From contig NW_005434673.1 of NCBI RefSeq assembly GCF_000315625.1, forward strand, positions 978,828-1,042,827: DNA of 64,000 nt, given 5' to 3'. The notes under the pieces were generated by a model. It worked only from the letters and a program-made list of their open reading frames with translations, searched no databases and was not told where the DNA came from. Shown here piece by piece: positions 1 to 11,101 of the stretch. Made by a program: the position numbers and the translations under genes. This stretch comes from Guillardia theta CCMP2712 (lineage: Eukaryota; Protista; Cryptophyta). Position 1 is the first letter of the stretch; each line of letters opens with the position of its first letter.

Positions 1-681
1 AATCTCGCTGTGAACGGGCTCCCACCCAACACTTAATCCCTCACTCTCCCCTCCTCCCTCAACCCTCTTCCTCCCTCACCTCCATCCTGTGTTGGGATCT
101 ACTTGCAGCGGAACACATCTCCCGAACCCATAGCGGAAGTCGGCCAGGGACCCCGAGGCCCTCTTAGCAAACATCGCAGGAGCATTTGCCCTTCGCCGCA
201 TTATCTCCTCCTCCTGTGCGAAGCTCCTGACTCCGTTGAACTTGCTCGACTCCTCTGCCATCTTCTTCATCTCCTCCTGTACCGACACCTTGGTGCAGAA
301 CACCAGCACCCTCGACCCTCCCGTGAGACCATAGCTCTCCAAGCTCCGACTCCTCGCGTCCTCCCCCACTTCCGCGCCCCCGTCCCTCCATGTCGCCTCG
401 CTCAAGATGGCGCCATTGGCACAGACCTTGTGATGGCTCTGACTGCAATCTTTCTGCTGGGAGACCAACTCGTGGAGCTGGTACATGCTCGCATGGATGC
501 AGACAACGAAGCTGATCCCTGCTCCCGCTATCGTCACTCTACACTCGTCCTTGCCTACTTCGAGCGGAACCGTCCTCTGACTTCCACCCTCCTCCGAGCT
601 TTCTTTCAGCCGCTCATACTTTCGAGGAGCGCCTACGTGCCCAGCAGCGATGCTGAAGTCCAGCGGTCTAGGTGCGCTCAT
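1..681 (-). CDS. Ubiquitin-like domain protein, probably UBL-WLM (Wss1-like) metallopeptidase; 3' part lies beyond the left edge
   Basis: ATG at 681 (MSAPRPLDF). UBL-like segment ending SLESYGLTGGSRVLV, followed by VRSFAQEE..YGFGRCVPL, which resembles the linker preceding WLM domains. GTGAG donor at 79. The WLM core (HEXXH) is not in the window. Confidence 0.5.
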
Positions 682-1776
682 AGATTGAAGGAGCAGACTT
701 CGTTTCTCTGTGCTTGACCCTTCTGCAGTGTTCAATCCTCCTTCTATTCCCTTCCCTCCCTCTTGGTTAAACTCCTGGCTAGTCCTCCTTGTTCTCCACA
801 CGCTTGACTCGGTATCCCGTCCTCGTTCTCGTCCTCCTCCTGTCTTCCTCCTCCTCCTCCTCCTCCTCCTTATAAGATATAGCTCCGCTCCCTTCGTTGC
901 TCGCCTGGACAGCCTGCCCGACAAAATTTTCACTCAAACCGCACAAAAATCTATAACGGCTACAATATAAAATGTAACGGTATTGCGGTCAATGGGTCAT
1001 CAACGGTCAGATAGCGTTTTTATAACGATATTTTAGAACCCGTTGGCGTATAAGGCAAGGAGTGGGGGGAGATGGGGGTGATAAGCAGTAAAAGATGGGG
1101 TAGTCTGCTGCCGAACCTTTTGAGATCACAGCACATCTTTAAATTGGTTTTATTCGATATCGAGGGACGGTAAAGCATCTTTTTCATAAATCAAAACTAT
1201 ATATTTAATTTATTAAAATAGTTTTTAATCCTGAAGGTACTGTGTACTAAAATGTATTATATAACACCTATTTTTCAAGTCGATCTCTCTTATGTGGCTG
1301 CTGACACGGGTCATATGTGTGCCTTCAGGGGCCCTAGGTGGGTGGGGTAGTTTATGAAGGGGTACTTCTCGGTTCATATGGGGGGTGCTTTGTGGTGGTT
1401 CATGGGGGCAAGGGGGGGTGGTATTTTGGTTAACTCATTGGGGATGAGATGCAAATCCTCCATTGGGATGTCGGGGGGTTCGGGGGGTGGGTGGAGGGGG
1501 GTAGGGGGGTGCAAGGAGGTCTTCTACGTCCAACGCCAAACTTTTCCGACAGTATAGAAATGATTTTGATGAATCTTCAAGTCAATACTGTATTTTCAAA
1601 TTATTGAGAAATATGGGCTCGAATTTTATCATTTGGGAAACATGAAGGACCTCTGTCGCGGAAACACGTGCTGCGCATGCTCAAAACCTTGCTTTTTCCA
1701 TCCGCCCCCTTCCTGCCCGCGTCCCTGCCCACGTTGCTGCCAACCAACTATCTACTTCCCTTCCTCCTCTTCCCTC

Positions 1777-1975
1777 AAACCCTCATCCTTCCTCCTTCCT
1801 CCTTCCTCCTTCCTCCTTCCTCCTCCCTCCTCCCTCCTCCCTCCTCCCTCCTCCCTCCTCCCTCCTCCCTCCTCCTCCTCCTCCTCCTCCTTCCTCCTCC
1901 CTCCTCCCTCCTTCCTCCTCCCTCCTCCTTCCTCCCTCCTCCCTCCTCCCTCCTCTGCCCTTGCTGCCTCCCTTC
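1777..1975. repeat. (CCT/CCCT)n polypyrimidine microsatellite
   Basis: Directly visible. Confidence 0.9.
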
Positions 1976-2397
1976 TTCCTCGCTTGCCCAACTTAGTCAA
2001 TCGTCAACCACCCTCCAGCCATCCCTTCACATTTTCTCCTGCTCTCTGCATCTCTTATTCCATCCCTTCATCTACCACTTGCGCCGCCACCTTCAGCAGC
2101 ACCAGCACCACCAGCTATTACCTCAGCCATGGCAGCCACGTCGACGCAAACGACCTCATCCTGACTCCACCACCCTGATTCACCCATTCTTCTCACCATC
2201 TTCTCCTCCTGCTTCGCCACAACCATAACAATAACTAGCGCCGCCGCCGTCATCATCACCACCACAACCACCACCACAACCACTTTCAATCCCATCCCTC
2301 AACATTTCCTTAGCTTCCTGCCATATCAAGTCCTGCGGGCTCGTTGCTCGCAGTAAACGTTTGACTTCAACCTGACCATCCATGACAGGTGATCGCC

Positions 2398-5300
2398 ATG
2401 GATGCCATGCTCGTTCAGTACATCCGCCGTGGTACTCCTTCCAGCCTCAGGACCCTCCAGCAGGATGCGCTCTGGACGGGGATCCTGTGCGGAGGGTGCG
2501 TCATCCTGCTACAGCGGATGAACGTGCTGGATCTGATTCAGGGACCGGGGACATGGAAAGAGCATGCTGTGTGGTCGCTCAGGGGGATCCTGTCGAGGCT
2601 GCGGCAGGTGTACAAGGGCCTCTTCCAACCCAACAAGCCCCCGGTGTTGAAGATGCGGCAAGATGTTCCTCCGTCCTTCTGGGACCCTGAGAGGTAGGAG
2701 GAGGAAGAGGAGGAGGAAAGGAGGAAGAAGAGAAGGAGGAGGAGGAGGAGGAGGAGTGTGCTTGTGTGCTGATGCAGTCTTGGTAGCCCGTTGATGATCG
2801 GACCGGATGTGCCTCCTAGCACGGGGTCGCTCAGCGAGCCCCTGGTGTCGGGGATGTGGAAGGACGAGGATCTCGGGCGGGGGATGCGGTGGGAGCGGGA
2901 GACGCGTCCTCTGACGCGCCACCCGTCGAAGCAGGACCTCAAGTACCTCATGGCTCCTCACGGACCCGACAGCCCAGGACGGGGGAGGCCGGACTGGTCG
3001 GACATGCTGCACGGGCTCAAGAGCAGCGGGGGGAAGACCGGGCTGAGCCAGAGGTCGACGGGAGAATTGTCCGGGAGCAGGAGCATGGAGATCTTCCCGG
3101 ACGAAATCTCCGAGGCGACTGAAGAGGATATCGCCCTGGCTAAGGAGAGGTCGAGAGAGCGGGCCCACAACGCGCGATCCGCAGCGTCAGTCCGCGTGTT
3201 GGACTACCAGGGCTACCTGCAGCTGGACAAGATTCTCAAGGCGCAGGAGCCCCAGAGCAGGATCTACGACATGGAGGTCCACGACGAGATGCTCTTCATC
3301 ATCATCCACCAGACGTACGAGCTCTGGTTCAAGCAGGTGCTCCACGAGCTCGACTCCGTCCTCCACATGTTCAGCAGCCTCCCGCACAAGAGCGTGAAGG
3401 AGATGGACGTCTCCCTCTGCCTGTCGCGCTCCTCCCGGGTGGTTGAGATCCTCAAAGTTCTGGTCAGCCAGTTCGACGTGCTCGAGACGATGCACCCCCA
3501 GGCCTTCAGCGACTTCCGAGATTTCCTTTCCCCTGCCTCCGGCTTTCAGAGCATGCAGTTCCGCCTGGTAGTCACCGTGTCCTGCCGTTCCTCTTTCTCC
3601 TCCCCCCTCTCGATCTTCCCCCTTAGCCTTCCTTCCCCCCTCTCCCTCCTCCCTCTTCTTGACTCACGGCACACTCGTTTGCCTCCTCCTGCCATTCTCC
3701 GTCCCACTCGTCTTCCAAGATCCTGGCGCAGGCGCGGGAAGTGATCGTGCGGTGCTAGGTGGAGAACAAGCTGGGGATGCGACCGGAGCAGCGGATCCAA
3801 CACTCGGGATGTCCCTACTACCAGCATCTTGCTCGAGAGGAGGAGCGAGAGGAGGTGAGCTCGACTTTGATGCTTCGATCGTGCTGAAAGACTTTTCCTT
3901 GTCCCCCCCCTCTCCCTCTCCCTCTCCCTCTCTCTCTCTCCCTCTCCCTCTCCCTCTCCCTCTCCCTCTCCCTCTCTCTCTCTCTCCCTCTCCCTCTCCC
4001 TCAGGTGTTGGCAGCTGAGCGTGAGGTGGGTCTCTTGGACTATCTCGGCGAGTGGCTGGAGAAGGTGAGGAGGGAGGAGAAGATGTGGATGTTGTTGATG
4101 CCTGACTTCGAGAAGCTGATGGATGAAGTTTTCAACGACTTCGATTTCGCCGCCTACATGAAGGAAGCGATCGAGCAGGTGAAGGGAAGGAGGTCGATGC
4201 CGTTGGAGGTGACTTGGTGCGGTACAGGCTGCTGTTCATGATCGTTCGGCGATCGAGAGATTTCCAACAGTGAGAACGTCCAACAGACACGTTGAGGTGA
4301 ACGTGTCAATGGCAATATTGATGATGATAATGATGATGATAATGATGATGATGATGATGTGATTGACTGTTGACGTTGTTCTCTGTCGTCCCTGACACTG
4401 TGGATGGTCAGAGCAAGGAGAGTGCGCTCAACGGTCTTGAGAAGAAGAGGTAATCTTGTTGGCCTCCCCCGCAATCTCTCACTCCCTCTTGCAGGCTCGC
4501 GCACTTGAAACTCTTCGATGAGCAAATTCACAACGAACTCATCAAGAAAGGCATCCGCCAGGTGATTATCTCCATCACCATCACCATGATCGCATGCTGA
4601 TTTGAGCTCTTGGCAGTTGAGCTTCAAGGCTACGATGGCGTGTGTCTTCGTTCAGTCCTTCTCCCATGAAGCAGCTTTCCAGGTCCACCCCATCCCTCCA
4701 TGCTCTGTTTGCGATCTCACTGGCTCAATGCAGACAATTCAGCGATTCTTGACGAAATTGATCGAGATCGACGAACTCATAGCAAGATGGCGGCAGAGGT
4801 GACTCTCCTCCCGCACATGACGAGTCAAACTTGCTCATCGTATTACCTCAGACATTCGAGTCTTGTGCTCAGAATGATTGGAAGCAAGGATGGAACCGGA
4901 GGTAAGTTGTTTCTTTCTCTGCCTCTGCCTCTGCCTCTGCCTCTGCCTCTGCCTCTGCCTCTGCCTCTGCTGCTCCTCTCCTGCTCCTCTCTTCTCCTGT
5001 CCTCTCCTCTGCCTCTGCCTCTCTTCCCTTCCCCTTCTTTCTTTTCTTCTTGTAAATTTTGCTGACTGGCTTCATACAGGTTCATCGGGACATGCCTATC
5101 TCAACGCAGTAATGCAGAAGTCAAGAATTTTCGTCGGTGAGGAGGAGGACGAGGGGAGGAGGGGCTCGTTCTCACTATGATTACAGATTTGTGCCACTGC
5201 TCGCACTATCTCCTCCCTCAACACTCAATGCTTCCCCTCCCTGCGGAGGTCAAGAGGAGGTAACCAAATCGATCCTCGTCATGTTGTCATTCTCTACATT

Positions 5301-5598
5301 CGCTCTCCGCGTCTCTTCTCTTCCTCATCTCATCTCCTCTCTTCTTCACTCTTCTCGTATCATCCTATTTCCTCCCATTTCATTTCTCTTCTCCTCATCT
5401 CCTCTCCCTTTCGTCTCGCCTTCTCCCCTCCTCTCCTTGCTGCTTCTCTATTCATTGGGGTTGACGAGTGCACCTAGGTTGCAAATGAGCTTATCCCGAG
5501 CTTCTTCGCATCCCTTCATGAACGAGCTAGGTGAAACAACGTCGGAGAGAGGGACAACAAGATCTGATGACTGTTGGGCAGTCGACTTCAGAGACTAG
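2398..5598 (+). CDS. TDO2: Tryptophan 2,3-dioxygenase (eukaryote/vermilion type), multi-exon, with long N-terminal extension
   Basis: LDYQGYLQLDKIL, VHDEMLFIIIHQTYELWFKQ, FRDFLSPASGFQSMQFR, IDELIARWR..H..LVLRMIGSKDGTGG/SSGHAYL. Last exon stop at 5596-5598. Start codon tentative. Confidence 0.93.
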
Positions 5599-5902
5599 CA
5601 GCAACGCTACCTTCAACCAGCCCCGTCATCCGCCCTTCTCTTTTCTCTCGTGTATATTCTTTGATCTTCGACCCTCATTCACGCTCGATGAAATTCTTTC
5701 TACACTTTAATCATTCAAACGTAAAAGTACATGATAGAAAACTGTCTCCCGTCGGAAAACTGTCCTCCTCCTCCTCCCCCTCCTCCCCCTCCTCCCCCTC
5801 CTCCCCCTCCTCCCCTCCTGCTACACCTTCTCGCCTCGCCCTCCTCTTCATTCACCAGCCCACTGACACCCCACACCCTTCCACCTTCGCCTCTGACTTC
5901 CG

Positions 5903-6793
5903 CTACTCAAGGTAACCCCGCCGAGCTTGACGGGCCTGCGGGCTGTTCCCGTTAAAGAAGTGAATTTTCCGGGCGAAGGGCGACGGCTGCTGCAGCACCG
6001 TCTTGGGCTCCTCCGACGGAAGTCGCAGGAGAGGGACGGGGCTCGCAAAGGAGCCTTGAGGGCTGAGGTCTCTCACAGTGAACCCTCCCGAGCTGAGAGG
6101 CGTCAGGCTGTCCGACACGTCCACCTGGAGGCCTGAGATCGGTTCATGCAGCTGGACGTCAGGCCGGGACCGATCATTCCCGTCTTGCTCGATGTCAAGC
6201 GTGACATCACTAGGATCCATCACAGGAGAGTGTCCTCCCTCCTCCCTCACGATCTCACTCTCCCCCTGCACGACTTGTCGCACCCCCGCACCTCTTGGAC
6301 CAACCAGCTCCTCCTCCACTTGGACGTTCCTTCCCTCCTCCACTTCCGAAGGATCCGGGGAAACTTCATCCGAGGGGGTCGCGAGCGATGCCTCAAGAGC
6401 TTCTTGAGGAGGCTGCCACTGGTTCAGCTTCCGATCACCTCCCTCTTGCAGCCCTGCGACTGCCATCCTCATCTCTGCAGGACCCACAGCTGGCGATGTG
6501 CTGCCACTGCTCGGCGTCAACTTAGGCGTCAGCTTCCAGCTCCGTATCCCCGAGGCCTCGCTCGAAGTTGAGTCCCTGTCCCCTCCCTTAGCACGATCGT
6601 GCGGTTCCACTTGAATCGATATGCTCATCGGCGTGCCTCCTGCACTCTGCCGATTGAAAATCTCCTCTTCAGGCAGCGAGATCGAGGTGCTCGGGCCCTC
6701 TTGCAAGTCCGCTGATACAACGAGAGTGAGGCAAGAACAAGAGGGAAGGTGGAGCGGGCGGGAGGAAAGAAGTTGAAACCGATGAAGAAAAGG

Positions 6794-6842
<49 letters not shown>

Positions 6843-8697
6843 AACAGGAGTGATATGTATAGAAAACGAACCAATCGATTCCTTCACAGCATCAGAAGAA
6901 TTCTGGACATCCCCTTCGGGAACTGGGACCAAATCTCTCTGCATCTCTGCAAGATACGCAGCTTTCCTCGTCTCCTCCTATACAGCACAAGGTCAGCATC
7001 TCGGGTAGCAAAATCGTTCAGTTCCTCGACCTCGGCTTTCTCCTTGGCAGACAGATTTGTAAAGATGACCCCGACGAAGAGAATCAAAACCCCCAAGATG
7101 AACATGACCCAGTTTTGCACTGAGAAGTTCACCATTTCCTGCCAACAGAATGACGATGCTGTGTTTGCAAGATTGAACAGTGCAAACCTCGTAGAAGATG
7201 GCTCCAGTTATGATGCTCCCAACATTCCAGAAAACATAAAAGTTGGGGATGTGATACAGTGCATCATTCACGGAAAGGCTCTTGTTGATCAAGAACAATT
7301 GTGACGGAAGTGAAATACAGAAGACAACTATGATCACGGCAACAAACGGGTCTGTGAACTGATTGCTTCCAGTAATTGAAGGAATGATTAGACCAGAGAA
7401 AGCCTTGCCGAACAAAACTGTGAAATCTGCCACAAAAGATGCAACGATGCAATAGACAGCTCCAATCCTCTGCGAATTGGCAGGCAAAAACAGTCAGAGG
7501 CACAGGGGCACAACACATGAAACAGCTGATTACCGTGGATGGTCTTTCAATTGCTTCATTTTTTGATCTGGCTTCGTTCCTTCGCTTTACGTAGTCCATC
7601 CGCATGATGATGAAGCAAGCACCAATCAAACTTGCGAGAATGCAGAGCATAACTTTAACATTGGTCTTTTTGTACTGATTCACCAGAATCTCGATGGACC
7701 AATCAATCTGATTCTTCTCACTCCCAAAGACCGTCAAGAGAATTCCGCAGATGATAATCAATGACGACATGTAATCTTTCTTGCTTGTGTGCTCTCGCAG
7801 AATAAACTTGGCAGTGAGCGTGTTCACCTGAATATTCAAGTCCGTTGGTGACTCTGAAAATTGAAGCAGAAACAACTTACCACAAGCGCCCAGCTTCCAA
7901 CTAGAGTCACAACAGATTGCTTTGATATCCCAAGAGCCAAGAAGTCAAACAAATTGCCAATGGCAAAAATGCAAAATCCCAGCAACCAAGTCCACGGAAC
8001 CTGAAATACATAAAATCGATAAGATGAAATTTTGCTTTCTACAGCATTAGAGTCGACCTCTTGGAGTAAAGATGCTGGGCAGCAACAACAAGGCCATGTT
8101 CCGGATAGCCTATGAGGAATGCGGTTAAGGAGCAGGACTCAGCATCCAAACATGTCACCTCGGTATCTCTTCGACGTGTGCGCTGTCTTCCAACGGGCCA
8201 GAGGATGCATGTCTACGAATCTCGTGTCAACCTTCAGCCATTTGCACGCATGGAAAGATTTACATCTCTGCTATCTCGTTCTTCACAAAGTCGTGGCCGG
8301 AGGCAGGGGAAACATTCTTTGGGTCCTTGGATCCGTTCGAGACCTCGTCTTGCCTCTCATCACCATTCTCGCTGTTCACACTGTGAGAGGGCGTGTACGA
8401 GTGTGCAGGCTCTGCAGCAAGATCATGGTCTTCGATCTCCGAGGTTGCAGGGTGAGTTGTCATCGCATTTGTTGCTTGTTCCCCGCTGTTCTGTAGCCGT
8501 TTGAGACTCTCCTTTTTCTCTGTCATTCTTTCTCTCTCCGCTTTTTCCTTGCGGATGTGATGCAGCTTCCAGAGGGACAAGCCAAGGGCCTCCAGAGTGG
8601 ATCCGAGCAATGCCAGGAGAACGCCATAGAGATAGCATTCATTGCATCCCCCTGAACTGCTCGTGCTCGTTGTGTTGGTAATGGCTGGTTCCGTCAT
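5903..8697 (-). CDS. NIPA-family (DMT) Mg2+ transporter-like membrane protein, multi-exon
   Basis: TM1 YGVLLALLGSTLEALGLSLWK; VNTLTAKFILREH; QLFLINKSL..DALYHIPNFYVFWNVGSIITGAIFYE; final TM MFILGVLILFVGVIF; long disordered C-tail. Confidence 0.8.
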
Positions 8698-11101
8698 TTC
8701 GTTGTTAAGGTTTGAAACAATCACACGAAACGAGTAGGAAGTTCAGTCGAGTAGAAGACTTTCTTGCTTCTTCCATGGCCTACAAGATCTTGCTGGGTGA
8801 ATCTCCTCGAGCTCGAATCTGGTGTGCCGGAAGGAGCTCTCAAAATTACTGTCTATCAGACAAAAAGTTAAAAATACACATCAGACTTGAAAACCAATGA
8901 ACATGGAAACATCACTGAGCTGAAATCTGATTCAAGAAAGGTTGGAAAACATCGACATCACACTTGCTCAACTCAAATTGAATAAGGCAGTCAGGATGAT
9001 ATGCCATCGGAAAATTCAAGTCCACAAAATCAGTATCACATCAACTGTTGCACAATTGTAAATGCACAAGTGTATTCCGTAAACTCTGTGAAGTGAAGCA
9101 TGAAATCACAACAGTGATGGTGGGGGAGGGGAAAAAGAACGAGCACAAGCTTGAGTGTGGACTTGTTAAGTGTTTCATGCTGGATCTGAACATCAACTCA
9201 ACTCTGATCTGATCGACATCTCGAGGAGATCTCTAAATTGACCACACCAAACCTGTTTCATGAAGACAATCTCACCTTCTCTTCCCCTTCTTCTTCATCG
9301 CGCCCACCAGCTCGCTCCATTTGCAGGAGGAAGGACCATTGGGAAGGTTTGCGGAAGGGGAATAAAGGGGGTACCCCATTGGTGGGTTAGCACGGGTGGG
9401 TTTGAAAAATAGGGTGGGGTACCAGGGTGGGGCGCTTGCGGCAGAAGAGGAGTTGGGGGTAGGGTAGTAGACTAGGAGGGTGACACAACGGGTACCAGGG
9501 AACAAAGATTGCACAGAAATGCACGGGTACTGGAGAGGAAATGGGGGTAGGGACTATGGCGGGTAGGGTAATGGACCCCACTGGGATCAACCAGAAAATG
9601 CAGTTCGTGAGTTTCATTTGTGGTGGGGGTAGTGGGAATACGGGTAGGGGTGATGTGTTAAGTTCAAACACAGGAGGTGGGTACTTGAAGGAACTCGGTG
9701 GGGAAAAGGGTGGGGTGGGTGTTCTGGGGGGAAAGGGACAAGGAACTGGGGAGTTGGCCCGGGTGGGGGAAAAAATGCTGAAAGGTCGACAGATCAGATT
9801 TGGGTGGGTAGGGTGGGGGGTAAAGGAGGGGTACAGACTGGGCATTTTGAAAGTTGAACTTTGGAACAGAGGGTAGTAGCCAACGGGGGTAGTGGAGGGG
9901 TGGGGGTAGCTGAGCCGGGCTGCACAGCATGAGCTGTTCGAAGAATCCACTACAATGTGACAGGGTGGGGTAGTTCAGATTACGTGTTGACACTATGTAG
10001 GTACCGGTGGTAGTGCAGAGTGCGCCGGATGTGAGGACCCGGGTGGTAGAGGGAGAAAAAGACCCGTGCACGAAGATGAAGTGGTGTTAGAGATAGGGTG
10101 GGGTAGCTGATCAGTTTTCAACTTTTCTGGCATGGGGTCGTGACTTGGGGGTTGTCGCTCTGAGAGTGATGGGCTCCAAGAATATTTAGAAACTTTCTCT
10201 ATAATTTTGAAATCTGAGAATAATCTTTGGAATAGAATACAGGTTTTCCGAAGTTCAGTCGCCGTCGCTCGCCGAGTGTCACCCGGAGTCGGACAGCCGG
10301 GCCGGGCGGGCCTCCGAGTCCGGGCCGCGCCCGCGGCCGACAAACCAGTAAAGAAGGATCTTGAGATCCATTGCACTTTGTACCAAGAATAATTAAGTAG
10401 CAGCTTTTTCCATTTTAAAAGGGAACAATGGTACACATTATAGATACAAAAAATCCTTTTTTCGTATCTATGTAAAATATCTTGGTAACATGAGACTATC
10501 TGAAGATTCATTTTAGGTACAAATTGCATTATACAATGATTATACGGAAGCTGGTTCCGTCATAGAACCTTTGTACCGTAGTTTTTAAAAACTCAAAAAT
10601 GTGACAAAAATGGTTGTAAACCATGGGCGCTTGAGAGCTGGCGTGAGAGGAGAGAGGAGAGTGGAGCATGGAACAGGGAGCAGGGAGCAGGGAGCAGGGA
10701 GGAGCAGGACAGCATTGAAAAATGAGGAAGTTCACTTGTAGATTGAGATGGGAGAAAGCCAGCGTTTGGGTTGAGCAAGAGTCTCGGGAAAAGAAAGCAG
10801 ATTAGGCGGGAAAGACAGGGACCTAGTCGGCAGGTTAGGTACGCGCTGGAACGTTTGGGCGCTTTTGAAGTATCAAATAATGCAGACACGTTTATGTAGA
10901 GCAGACGAATATGGACGTGGTGTGGAGGGAAGTAAGCAGGAGGGAAAGAGAGCACAAGTAACGATATAAAACAGTGAAAAATGATGGGGGAGGAACTTAT
11001 AGTGCTTGTCCTAGGCCTCGTCTCGTCACCCTTCCTGCATGATCATTCTGGTCCTATAAATATCCTAGGGATTTTTTATCTCCCATGCTGAATATTCAGA
11101 G

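Noticed and set aside
1633-2383. Poly-Pro/Ser/Glu ORFs here and at 16549, 39052, 41399, 53372, 55207 and 58785
   Set aside because: Translations of microsatellites or N gaps.
9387-10071. Gly-rich and Pro-rich ORFs as genes or viral remnants
   Set aside because: Explained by G-tract composition; no recognisable domain.
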